From contig JAWAFA010000001.1 in assembly GCA_038890875.1 (NCBI GenBank), positions 863 through 64,862 on the forward strand: 64,000 bases of DNA, written 5' to 3'. The position numbers and the translations under genes are program-made. A model generated the notes under the pieces. It saw only the letters and a list, made by a program, of their open reading frames with translations, made no database searches and had not been told where the DNA came from. Origin of the DNA: Candidatus Pacearchaeota archaeon (GTDB taxonomy: Archaea > Nanobdellota > Nanobdellia > Pacearchaeales > JAPDKA01). Below are positions 28,081-37,138 of the stretch, piece by piece. How positions within the stretch are numbered: position 1 is the first letter of the stretch; each line of letters starts with the position of its first letter.

Positions 28081-30025
28081 TTTTTGCTTTTTTTACACTC
28101 ACGGCTATGCTCTTAAAATTTGGTGTAAAAGTACTCGGATCAAATCTTGCAGGGATTATTTTATTGATTAGCAATTTGTCTGAATGAAAAGTTGTGGCTA
28201 CAATTTTTTCAGGGATACTTTCACTTAACTTCAAGTTGCCTTCGATTACACCAATTTCACTTCTTACAACAATCCTGTCACCATCGTTAAGCTTAAGCTT
28301 TTTTGCTTGCTTTGGATTTATGAAAAAAGCGTTTTCATCGCTTAGTTTTTGCAAAGTTTTGCTAAGCCTGGTTAGCTCATCAGTTAAAAAATGCCATTTT
28401 GATCTATATGTGACTAACATCAGCGGATACTTTTTGCTTGTTATGCTTTCTATGCCTTTAAATTGTACTGGGACAAATTTAAACCATTTTCGTTGCTTGC
28501 TTGCATAAGAGTCTTCGCCTTCCAAAACTTTTTCCAAGCCCTTATAGTCAGGAATAACTCGAGTGATTTCAGCGAATATTTCGCGAGTACTTTTATAGTT
28601 AAAATATTCTCCCTTACCAAGCATCTTTGCTAGCTTGCAAAATATTTGCCAAGGAGAAAGCAGTTTAGAGCTTACTACTTGCTCAACCTTTCTAACTTTT
28701 CTTTCACCATTAGTTATCGTGCCTTCTTCTTCGAAAAGCATAGGAATAGGCAAAATTAGGTTTGCAAACTTTTCAGCAGTCAAGCTTTTGTGCGCTTGTA
28801 AGCATATCAAAAAAGTTTTTTTAAAAATCTTGTGAACATAATTTAAGTTTGGTAAAGATTGGGATGGATTGAATTCCACCATAACTATAACTTTCACTGG
28901 ATCTTCGAAAATTGCTTCTATTAAATTTTTTCCAAGCCTTGTTTCGAGCTTTACTTTCCATTCTTTCTCAAGAATTGGTAAGGAAACAAGACCATCTGTT
29001 GGTAATCTCTCTGGGCAACATGCCATATCACCAGCCCCTTGCACGTTAACTTCTCCTCGTAAATTAAATAGCTTTGCTTGCTTCAATATTGCAAGATTTA
29101 TCAGCGAGTGTAAGTTTTCATGGCCATAGACATGCTGGGTAAATCCCATACCATGACTAATACCTAGCACTTTTGCACTTGTTATAGTATAAATAAGCTG
29201 TTCAAAGCTAGCATTGTCTATGCCACATATCTCACAAACAAGTTCTTTGTTAAATTCTAAAGCACTCTTTTTAAACGAAGAAAAGTTTTCTATCGCTTCA
29301 ACATCTTTGTTATAAGCCTGTCTTCTTAACAGTTCGGCGATAATGCCATTTAATAATACATAATCTGTTCCTGGGTTTATTAGAAACTTTTGATGACAAG
29401 CCTTAAGCGTTTCACTTTCAATTGATGAGATTCCGATGAGTTTTATTTTGCTTTTTCTTTCTAGAATTTTGTTAAAAAACACAGGATAATTGCTTGCTGG
29501 ATTAGAGCCAATAATTAACAAAGTATCAATTGTGTCGAGCTCTGAAAGGGTTGTTAAGTTGGAATTGCCAAAGTGCTCAAGCATAGCATTTACAGTTGCT
29601 TGATGACAAAGTCGTGAGCAACAGTTATCAACAGAATAGCCAAAAATTCGCGCAAATTTTTCTAAAACATAGTTATTTTCATTTGTTGTTTTGCCCGAGC
29701 CAATAAAAATAACTTCTTGTGCATCAAGATCTTTGATTGCATTGCAAAAAACTTCAAGAGCTTTTTTCCAGTTTATTCGCTTTAACTTCCCATTTTTTCT
29801 TAGCAAAGGCACTTTATATCTTGCTTTATTATAACATTCATGAACGCTAAGCCCTTTTATGCAAGGCTTGCCTTCAGACATGTAATCACTCGAATCACCA
29901 ATAATTCTTACAATCTTGTTGTTTTTTACAACAAAGCCTAGTCGACAGCCACAGCCACAAAAAGGGCAGATACTTTTTACAATTTTTTCTTTTTTATTTT
30001 TTACTTCTTTTTTATCCTTTTCCAT
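28058..30025 (-). CDS. Molybdopterin/tungstopterin oxidoreductase, formate dehydrogenase alpha-like
   Basis: CPFCGCGC..C 4Fe-4S motif, SRLCH, RGEVNVQGA, GTITNGER, C-terminal Mo-bis-MGD domain; start ATG 30025. Confidence 0.88.
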   Translation of the reverse strand: MEKDKKEVKNKKEKIVKSICPFCGCGCRLGFVVKNNKIVRIIGDSSDYMSEGKPCIKGLSVHECYNKARYKVPLLRKNGKLKRINWKKALEVFCNAIKDLDAQEVIFIGSGKTTNENNYVLEKFARIFGYSVDNCCSRLCHQATVNAMLEHFGNSNLTTLSELDTIDTLLIIGSNPASNYPVFFNKILERKSKIKLIGISSIESETLKACHQKFLINPGTDYVLLNGIIAELLRRQAYNKDVEAIENFSSFKKSALEFNKELVCEICGIDNASFEQLIYTITSAKVLGISHGMGFTQHVYGHENLHSLINLAILKQAKLFNLRGEVNVQGAGDMACCPERLPTDGLVSLPILEKEWKVKLETRLGKNLIEAIFEDPVKVIVMVEFNPSQSLPNLNYVHKIFKKTFLICLQAHKSLTAEKFANLILPIPMLFEEEGTITNGERKVRKVEQVVSSKLLSPWQIFCKLAKMLGKGEYFNYKSTREIFAEITRVIPDYKGLEKVLEGEDSYASKQRKWFKFVPVQFKGIESITSKKYPLMLVTYRSKWHFLTDELTRLSKTLQKLSDENAFFINPKQAKKLKLNDGDRIVVRSEIGVIEGNLKLSESIPEKIVATTFHSDKLLINKIIPARFDPSTFTPNFKSIAVSVKKAKNEKRKRR

Positions 30026-30033
30026 TCTGCCAC

Positions 30034-30104
30034 TGCGCCAGGCGGGAATCGAACCCGCATTGCAAGCTTGGGAAGCTCGCGTCATACCATTAGACCACTG
30101 GCGC
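30034..30104 (-). tRNA. tRNA-Gly(CCC)
   Basis: GCGCCAG/CTGGCGC acceptor stem, loop TTCCCAA, GGTTCGATTCC. Confidence 0.95.
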
Positions 30105-30142
30105 AATCGATATATTTAAAAAGAGCAACATTAAAAATTTTT

Positions 30143-30877
30143 ATGAAAATAAAAGGGGCAGATTACGAAATAAATCTTGAAGTAATACCAAAACCTAATT
30201 CTGTTATTATTGAAGGCTTTCCTGGCTTCGGATTTGTAAGCACAATAACTTGCAGTTATCTAATAAAACACTTAAATGCAGAATATATAGGAAACATTTT
30301 TACAAAAAAATTCATGCCACTAGCAACAATTCATGAAGACAAATTAATTCAACCAGTTGAAATTTTTTATGATAAGGAGCATAACATAGTCATAATTCAA
30401 TCTTCAATCGGAGTTGAAGGAATAGAATATGACATAGCAGAGATAATTCTAGAATTTGCAAAAAGAATAAAAGCGAGCAAGATTATAACTATTGAGGGAG
30501 TAGCAAGTATAAGAGCAGTATCATCAGAAAAAGTGTATTTCTATACAACAAAAAAGGAATTTGAAAAAGAACTTTTAGAGCAAGGCTTAGAAAAAATAAA
30601 AGAGGGTGTTATTATTGGTGTCACGGGAGCTTTAATTTTAAAGGCTGTTGATTTTCCTTTAGTCGGTTTGTTTATTGAAATTCATGGTGATCTTCCTGAC
30701 AATAAAGCAAGTGCTGAAATAATTAAAGTACTTGACAGTTATCTTAAATTAAAAGTGGACTATAAACCTTTATTAAAAAAAGCTGAGGAAATAGAACAAA
30801 AAATAAAGAGTTTAGTAGAAAAAATAATTAAAGCTAAAGAAGAAAAGAAAAAACTTGGGGTTCCTTATGCAGGGTAA
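30143..30877 (+). CDS. Proteasome assembly chaperone (PAC2/PbaAB family)
   Basis: IEGFPGFGFVSTI, G.IIGVTG.L, PD.KA. Confidence 0.88.
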   Translation: MKIKGADYEINLEVIPKPNSVIIEGFPGFGFVSTITCSYLIKHLNAEYIGNIFTKKFMPLATIHEDKLIQPVEIFYDKEHNIVIIQSSIGVEGIEYDIAEIILEFAKRIKASKIITIEGVASIRAVSSEKVYFYTTKKEFEKELLEQGLEKIKEGVIIGVTGALILKAVDFPLVGLFIEIHGDLPDNKASAEIIKVLDSYLKLKVDYKPLLKKAEEIEQKIKSLVEKIIKAKEEKKKLGVPYAG

Positions 30878-30890
30878 ATAAATTAAGATT

Positions 30891-31631
30891 ATGACTGAAA
30901 TTTTATTTAAGCTTGTCAATGTAACAAAAAGATTTGGCAAAGTTACTGTTCTTGATAGTCTTAATTTCTCGATACCAAAAGGAAAAATTTTTGGCATCAT
31001 TGGGCCTTCTGGAGCAGGAAAAACAACGTTGTTACGGATTCTCGTAACTTTTTATTCTCCAAGCTCAGGCCAGGTTTTTTTTAATTCAGAAAGACTCAAA
31101 TGGAAAAAAATTAAACATTTTGTTAGTATGTCAACACAGCATGGGAGTTTTTATCCAAATTTAACAGTTGAACAAAATATAAACTTTTTTGGAAGTCTTT
31201 ATGGATTAAGTAAAGAAGTTATAAAACAAAGGGCCTTACCTTTATTAAAAGAACTTGAGATTTATGATAAAAGAAAAGATGTTGCCGGAAATCTTTCCAA
31301 AGGAATGCAAAAAAGACTTGATATAGTTTGTACTTTAATTCCTGATGCTGATCTTATAATTTTCGATGAGCCAATGGAAGATCTTGATCCTATACTCAGA
31401 GAGAAAGTAGTAAGGATAATAAAGAGATTGCATAAGCAAGGAAAATCAATAATAATTTGTTCTCATTTTTTTAAAGAGTTAGAGGAAATTTGTGAAGAGG
31501 TAGTTATGGTTTATAAAGGAAAAATTATAGAGCAAGGAAAATTAAATGAAATAGAAAAAAAATATCGCTGTAAAGATTTAGAAAGTGTGTTTTTTGAAAT
31601 TGCAAGAAAAATGAACGAAAAAAAACAATAA
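30891..31631 (+). CDS. ABC transporter ATP-binding protein
   Basis: GPSGAGKTT, LSKGMQKR, IFDEP, SH switch. Confidence 0.95.
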   Translation: MTEILFKLVNVTKRFGKVTVLDSLNFSIPKGKIFGIIGPSGAGKTTLLRILVTFYSPSSGQVFFNSERLKWKKIKHFVSMSTQHGSFYPNLTVEQNINFFGSLYGLSKEVIKQRALPLLKELEIYDKRKDVAGNLSKGMQKRLDIVCTLIPDADLIIFDEPMEDLDPILREKVVRIIKRLHKQGKSIIICSHFFKELEEICEEVVMVYKGKIIEQGKLNEIEKKYRCKDLESVFFEIARKMNEKKQ

Positions 31632-31632
31632 G

Positions 31633-33177
31633 ATGAGTTGGCAAATAATAAAAAAAGATTGGTTGCTTATAGTTAAGTCGAAACTTGCTCTTTTTTCACT
31701 TTTTCTTCTTCCCGCATTAATAGTCCTAATTCTATCATTTAGTTTAAGTACAGTTGGATTACAGCAGGTTAGACTTTCTTATTATTATGAAAATCTTAGC
31801 ACTAATGCCCTAGCCACAACACAATCTTTGCTAGAATTATTAAAAAGTAAGGGTTATGAAGTAGTCAATGCGAGTAAAGAACGATGTATTGAGAATATAA
31901 AGAGTGGTGGGTGGCATATATGTTTACTAATTAGTCCTGGTTCAACAGAGAACGAATTAACAATTAATATTTATACTGACGCTAGCAGGATTAATTTTGC
32001 TTATACTTTAATAAACCATCTCTCAACTTTGATTCAAATTCGTTCAGAAGAAATTTCTATTGACTTAATCCAAGCAATAATAAATGTTCTCGATACCACA
32101 ACTAAAAAGCTCAATGAGAGTAATAATAAAATAGTTCAGTTAAATAAGAAACTTATTGGTATTACAACAGAAAGCGGAGCGATTATAGCAACTACTAATG
32201 CCATCAATACTGATTTTAACATTAAGGACTTTAAAATTGATAGATTAAATGCGCTTATTGAAGAACTTGGTAATTCAAGTAATCTAACTTCTGACTTTGA
32301 GGATGTTGCTAGTGATATTGAAGCAAAATTAAAAGAGATAGAAAGAAGGTTTAAGGTGATTGAAAGTCAAAAGGGGAGTATTAAAAGTTCGACAAGTAAC
32401 ATAAGTAGAATAGTCGAGGAGATTGTAATAATCTCATCATCCGTGAAAAATACCTCAGAAAGCATTATAAAAGATATAGGGAGTATAAAAGAGAAAAAAC
32501 CAGGAATACTTACAAGCCCAATAAAAACATCAGTAGTATCAGTTACGACAAAAAGTAAGAATATTGATTTTATTCTTCCAGGGTTTCTTACATTTATCAT
32601 AGTTTCTCTCGCCTTGTTTGTCTCTAGCACTTTAACAATCAAAGAAAAAAAATCTAAGGCTTGGTTTAGGCTTTCTTTAACCCCCTTAAGCGATTTATCT
32701 TTCTTCTTTAGTTCTTTTGCTTCATTTTTCCTTATTTTGTTAATCGAGATTATCTTAGCTTTAGCAATTGTTTCTTTCTTTACAAATCTTTTACCAATTT
32801 CAACAATTTTTAGTATTTTACCTCTGATTATTCTCGCCATTGCTTTATTTATTTTCATCGGAATGTTTATAGGAAATATTGCCAAAAGTGAAGAAGTTGT
32901 AATTTTAATAAACTTCTTTATACTTCTCTTTTTCCTTTTCTTTTCCCAGACAATAATGCCTCATGAGATGGTAAAACAAACTTATGGTGTTACAAAAGTG
33001 CTCACTTATTCACCATTTAATATTATTGAGAACAGTCTAAAACAAATGCTTTTTTTTAGGTTTACACTTGCCAAAATTTGGTTTAGTTTGTTTATTCTTG
33101 CTATTTATGCTAGTATTTTCTTTGTTATAGCCCTTTTAACAAAAAAGCTAACAAAACATACTTTAATCTATAGTTAA
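31633..33177 (+). CDS. ABC-2 type permease with large extracellular coiled-coil domain
   Basis: 1+5 TM layout, IKEKKS..RL.LTP motif, adjacent ATPase. Confidence 0.85.
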   Translation: MSWQIIKKDWLLIVKSKLALFSLFLLPALIVLILSFSLSTVGLQQVRLSYYYENLSTNALATTQSLLELLKSKGYEVVNASKERCIENIKSGGWHICLLISPGSTENELTINIYTDASRINFAYTLINHLSTLIQIRSEEISIDLIQAIINVLDTTTKKLNESNNKIVQLNKKLIGITTESGAIIATTNAINTDFNIKDFKIDRLNALIEELGNSSNLTSDFEDVASDIEAKLKEIERRFKVIESQKGSIKSSTSNISRIVEEIVIISSSVKNTSESIIKDIGSIKEKKPGILTSPIKTSVVSVTTKSKNIDFILPGFLTFIIVSLALFVSSTLTIKEKKSKAWFRLSLTPLSDLSFFFSSFASFFLILLIEIILALAIVSFFTNLLPISTIFSILPLIILAIALFIFIGMFIGNIAKSEEVVILINFFILLFFLFFSQTIMPHEMVKQTYGVTKVLTYSPFNIIENSLKQMLFFRFTLAKIWFSLFILAIYASIFFVIALLTKKLTKHTLIYS

Positions 33178-33219
33178 GTAAACCACAAAACTTTTAAATT
33201 ATTTGTTTATAAAAGAAGA

Positions 33220-33522
33220 ATGAAATTTTGCCCAAAATGTGGTGCTGTTTTAGTAAAAAAAGGAGATAGATGGATTTGTCCTAAAGGAGATTATAAGACT
33301 AGTGAAAAAATAAAAATAGAGAGTACGGAAAAACAGGAGAAAGTCAAGATTGGAGTGATGAAAGAGGGACAAGCTAATGTTTATCCTGTTACTACAGCAA
33401 CTTGCCCAAAGTGTGGGAATGACAAAGCTTACTTCTTCACTATTCAAACTCGTGCAGGAGATGAAGCAGAAACAAGATTCTTTACATGCACAAAGTGCGA
33501 GTATAGATGGAGAGAGTATTAG
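33220..33522 (+). CDS. tfs: Transcription factor S
   Basis: FCPKCG; CPKCG..QTRAGDEAET.FF.C..C..W. Confidence 0.95.
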   Translation: MKFCPKCGAVLVKKGDRWICPKGDYKTSEKIKIESTEKQEKVKIGVMKEGQANVYPVTTATCPKCGNDKAYFFTIQTRAGDEAETRFFTCTKCEYRWREY

Positions 33523-33632
33523 AAAGGTATTAGAACTAAAGATAAATAGATAGAATAACTTACAATTAACTTGGAATAAATCTTTTTTAATTACTTAAAA
33601 AAACAAAAAAGAAAAAAGAAAAATCTTAATCT

Positions 33633-33962
33633 TTAGGCTTTTCCTAAAGCCCAAAGATTTCTTAGGGCAACAACTATAGTTGCTGGAACGAACAAGTAAA
33701 GGACGTTACTTAATAACCTTCCTAACCATACAGATATTGCAAAAAAGTCCTTGCCCAAAGCTGCAACTATTACCAAAACAACACCTGAAAGCAAGAAAGG
33801 TTGAACCTCGCTTACAGCAATATTAAGTAAACCAATGATCAACCCGATTATTACTAGCGCCCATATTATCCCTGCAGTTGGTTGTATAAATGCAAATATC
33901 ACCGCAAGAATTACTCCTATCAAAAATGCCCAGCTTCCTATTTTATTACTTGCTTTTGCCAT
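33633..33962 (-). CDS. Small 4-TM membrane protein
   Basis: GSWAFLIG..GL.IGLLNI..E..FL..FVPATIVVAL. Confidence 0.7.
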   Translation of the reverse strand: MAKASNKIGSWAFLIGVILAVIFAFIQPTAGIIWALVIIGLIIGLLNIAVSEVQPFLLSGVVLVIVAALGKDFFAISVWLGRLLSNVLYLFVPATIVVALRNLWALGKA

Positions 33963-34028
33963 TTTTTACCTCTTTTAGTTTATTTTGTATTTTTTATTTA
34001 GATAGTATATATTTTTAAAGATTTCGAA

Positions 34029-34111
34029 CGCCCAGGGCAGGATTCGAACCTGCATGGCAAAAGCCACACGCTCTCCAGGCGTGCGCGTCTACCAAATTCC
34101 GCCACCTGGGC
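34029..34111 (-). tRNA. tRNA-Ser(GGA)
   Basis: GCCCAGG/CCTGGGC, loop CTGGAGA, long variable arm TGGC-TTTT-GCCA, G discriminator. Confidence 0.95.
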
Positions 34112-34205
34112 ATTATATTGATTATTTAGTTTTAACTTTAAAAAACTTTTAAGAAAAACTTTTAAGAAACTAAGTCAAGTAAAGAATTAAAAATTTTTAT
34201 TCTTT

Positions 34206-35609
34206 TTATTTTGGCTTACTTTTAAGTAAGCTTGGTTCTTCATAAGGATTGGGATAACTTGCCATTCCATGCGCTTTCTTATAAACATCATAAACAGTAA
34301 AAGTAAATTCTTCCATGCTTTTTTCTGCAATTTTTCTTAACACAGCTTCTGCCCATGTATCACTTTTTCTAACTTTTTCTTTCTCTTTTTCTTTCTCTTT
34401 TTTTTCTTCTTTCTTTTTGAACAAACTTATCAAATCTGTAATGAATCCACCTTCTGTCTGCTCTTTGCTCTCTTTCTCTTTTTCTTCTTTTTTTTCTTCT
34501 TCTTTCTCTTCTAAAAAATGTTTTAAATCTTCGCTTAATGTTAATAATGTTTCTTCTGTAACATCTTGAGTAATCCTTATTATATTTTCAAATTCTTGCT
34601 TCTCAAATTCTTTTATAAAATCATTAAGCTCATCCTCACGAAAGACATAACTTTTAAAATTAATATCTACTTTCCCTCCAAAAGTATAATACGATTCTTT
34701 GCCAGCATATGCTGGGATGCTACGAAAGGAAAAGTCAATAAAGATTACGCCATAGAAAGGCCTAGCTTCCTTAACTTTGATTGATTTAGGAAATTCAGGG
34801 ATGTTATAAGTATATTTTTTCTTGCAAAATAAAAGTAAGTCAAGAAGCATCGTAGAAAAAGCAGAAACAAGACTTGCTTCTTTTGTTTCTTTCATCATCA
34901 GTTGCTCGGCTGCTTTTATATATGGTCTTGCCCATCTTGCATAGAGCTTTAAACTCGCTATCTGGCTTTTTAAGTAAGTTTTCTCTATTTTGAAACGATT
35001 TCTTAACTCTATTTCACTTCGTTTCAGCCATTCATCGAATTCTACAAGCCTGCTTCTTAAGATGTTTTTAACTCGTTCATTCAAATCAAGCCTATCAACA
35101 TCTTCGATGCTTTTAGCAACAAAAAAAGCATCTCTCAATGTAACAAATTCCATCTGAGTTGTTAGTACATTTATTGCTCCTCTACCCTTTTTTATATCTA
35201 CATTCGTAATCCATATCTCTTTTAATGCATTCAAGGCAGCAATTCTTTCTTTTTCATCCTTGCTTTTTAATTTATTATACTGCGCAATTCTTATCTCAAA
35301 CTCTTTAAGATCCCATAACAAATTTATTATGCTTTTTATAACTTGATTTATTGCTCCGAGATATTTCATTGCTTGTTCTTGCATCACACTTGCTCTTCGA
35401 CCTATCTCTGCAAAATAACCACTTCCAGGGCTTGCTGCAAAGCTATCAACAAGCTTCTCCACTTCAAAACCAGCATTGCTCATATAGTCAAGAAGCCAGT
35501 AATAAATTGGCTCCAATTGCTGCACAGGTGAATCATAAACTAAAGAATAGCTAATTAATTCCTTTATTTTTAACTTCTCATTAATTAATTTATATACATC
35601 ATCTTGCAT
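34206..35609 (-). CDS. Hypothetical helical protein downstream of oapC
   Basis: 467 aa ORF, no recognisable catalytic motif. Confidence 0.7.
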   Translation of the reverse strand: MQDDVYKLINEKLKIKELISYSLVYDSPVQQLEPIYYWLLDYMSNAGFEVEKLVDSFAASPGSGYFAEIGRRASVMQEQAMKYLGAINQVIKSIINLLWDLKEFEIRIAQYNKLKSKDEKERIAALNALKEIWITNVDIKKGRGAINVLTTQMEFVTLRDAFFVAKSIEDVDRLDLNERVKNILRSRLVEFDEWLKRSEIELRNRFKIEKTYLKSQIASLKLYARWARPYIKAAEQLMMKETKEASLVSAFSTMLLDLLLFCKKKYTYNIPEFPKSIKVKEARPFYGVIFIDFSFRSIPAYAGKESYYTFGGKVDINFKSYVFREDELNDFIKEFEKQEFENIIRITQDVTEETLLTLSEDLKHFLEEKEEEKKEEKEKESKEQTEGGFITDLISLFKKKEEKKEKEKEKEKVRKSDTWAEAVLRKIAEKSMEEFTFTVYDVYKKAHGMASYPNPYEEPSLLKSKPK

Positions 35610-35627
35610 CTTGCCACTTTACTTCTT

Positions 35628-35993
35628 TTATTTTTTACTTTCTTTCATCAACTGAAAAGTTGAGGCGATATCGATTATGTATTTGCCTTCTTCAAGTTTA
35701 TAGATTACAGGACTTCCTTTAAAAAGCTTGACCAAATCAATTTCATATTTTCCTGGCTTTATCGCTCTTATCGCTTCTAAATCAAGGATGACTGGTTTAT
35801 CTTCATTTTCTCCAATAATATCTTTTATCTCTTTTTCAATTTCATTAACTTGAGCTTTATCAAGCTGTATTTCTATTTGTTTCGGTTTTTCTTTGAAAAA
35901 ATAAAAAAGTCTACCCCTACACTTCGAGCAACCCTTAAATACAACATCAGCTTCTTCATAAATAGTCCCACAGCGTATACATTGATGAGGCAT
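35628..35993 (-). CDS. oapC: OapC/ArvC zinc-ribbon protein (DUF2072)
   Basis: MPHQCIRCG..GC..C..F.F..PGKYEIDL..G.Y.I. Confidence 0.88.
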   Translation of the reverse strand: MPHQCIRCGTIYEEADVVFKGCSKCRGRLFYFFKEKPKQIEIQLDKAQVNEIEKEIKDIIGENEDKPVILDLEAIRAIKPGKYEIDLVKLFKGSPVIYKLEEGKYIIDIASTFQLMKESKK

Positions 35994-36055
35994 AAGTTAA
36001 AACCTTAATTGAGTTAAAAAACTTATCGCTTCGTTAAAGAAGCTATTAAACAAAC

Positions 36056-36442
36056 TCAACCAAGTTTCAAAAAAAGCTCGAGCTTTTTTATATCTTTTTT
36101 AACTTCTTTGATTATTGTTGCTGGTCCAATCAGCGTTAACATATCACGATCACCGATAAGAAAATCAGCAAGGCCCTTTCTCAGCTTCAATAAAAGACCT
36201 GCATCAGCAAGCTTTGGGTTTAGTGTTTCAATTTCTATGCCTCTAAACTTCTTGCTCTTGCCAATCTTCTTCATACTTTCCTCTATTAAATCTTTCTCTT
36301 CCTCGGGGCTAAGCTTTCCTTGCAAGATCAAAATTTTATCTTCAGCAACACTATCAATAAGAAATTTAACTCTTCTAAAAGGGCTAAGACTCATTAGTTG
36401 TGAATGCGGCACAAATTGCAACTTTAATCCCTTGATTTTCAT
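36056..36442 (-). CDS. oapB: OapB/ArvB protein (DUF2073)
   Basis: L.PEEE..LIE..M..F.GIEI..TLIGPA. Confidence 0.85.
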   Translation of the reverse strand: MKIKGLKLQFVPHSQLMSLSPFRRVKFLIDSVAEDKILILQGKLSPEEEKDLIEESMKKIGKSKKFRGIEIETLNPKLADAGLLLKLRKGLADFLIGDRDMLTLIGPATIIKEVKKDIKKLELFLKLG

Positions 36443-36443
36443 T

Positions 36444-37094
36444 TTATCTTCTTCTCGCTTTTTTTATTGTATTAAAGAGAGTTTCATAAAATTCTTCCAT
36501 GTTTTTACCATATTTTGCAGAGATACCAACAACTTCATATTCTGGAAAAGCGGCTTCAACTGCTTTTATATTGGCCCTTTTTAAATCAATCTTATTTGCA
36601 GCAATAATCAGAGGGATTTTACGAGCAGCGATATTACCTATCACAGTTATGTTAACTTGACTGTAAGGGTTTTCACAGGCATCAAGCACAACGACAATTA
36701 TATCCATATCATCAAGCCATTTTATTGCCTCAATTACACCGCGTGTTGCTTCTTCAGCTCTTTTCTTTGATTCTTTTTTGCTTAGACCATATTTAAGAAA
36801 GTTTTCATAATCAACTTTAGTTGCAATTCCAGGAGTATCAACTAGCTTGAACATAACACTTTTGCCTTTATAATCTACTTTTACTGCTTCTTTAACAATT
36901 ACCTCTCTCGTTTCATGAGGAATCTTACTCACAGTTCCAACTTCTTCCCCAATCCAATCTTTACAAATTCTATTAGCAAGAGTTGTCTTACCAGCATTCG
37001 GTGGACCATAAAAGCCAAGCTTTATCTCTCTCTTAACAGAAAAAAGATTCAAAAAAATTCTTTTAAAAAAATTTGTTATAATGTGAATGGGCAT
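36444..37094 (-). CDS. oapA: OapA/ArvA small Era-like GTPase
   Basis: GPPNAGKTTLANRI, PHETR, DTPG, NKID, SAK. Confidence 0.9.
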   Translation of the reverse strand: MPIHIITNFFKRIFLNLFSVKREIKLGFYGPPNAGKTTLANRICKDWIGEEVGTVSKIPHETREVIVKEAVKVDYKGKSVMFKLVDTPGIATKVDYENFLKYGLSKKESKKRAEEATRGVIEAIKWLDDMDIIVVVLDACENPYSQVNITVIGNIAARKIPLIIAANKIDLKRANIKAVEAAFPEYEVVGISAKYGKNMEEFYETLFNTIKKARRR

Positions 37095-37138
37095 TCTCTT
37101 TTTTATTTTTACCTTATTTTATTTATTTTTTTTAACTT

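Noticed and set aside
29606..29608. Selenocysteine in the FDH-like enzyme
   Set aside because: The ligand codon is TGT (Cys)
30026..30142. Extended starts of ORFs 28058-30106 and 30068-30877
   Set aside because: Both overlap tRNA-Gly
33523..34205. Replication origin near the oap operon
   Set aside because: No ORB repeats or cdc6/orc1 seen; AT-richness is genome-wide
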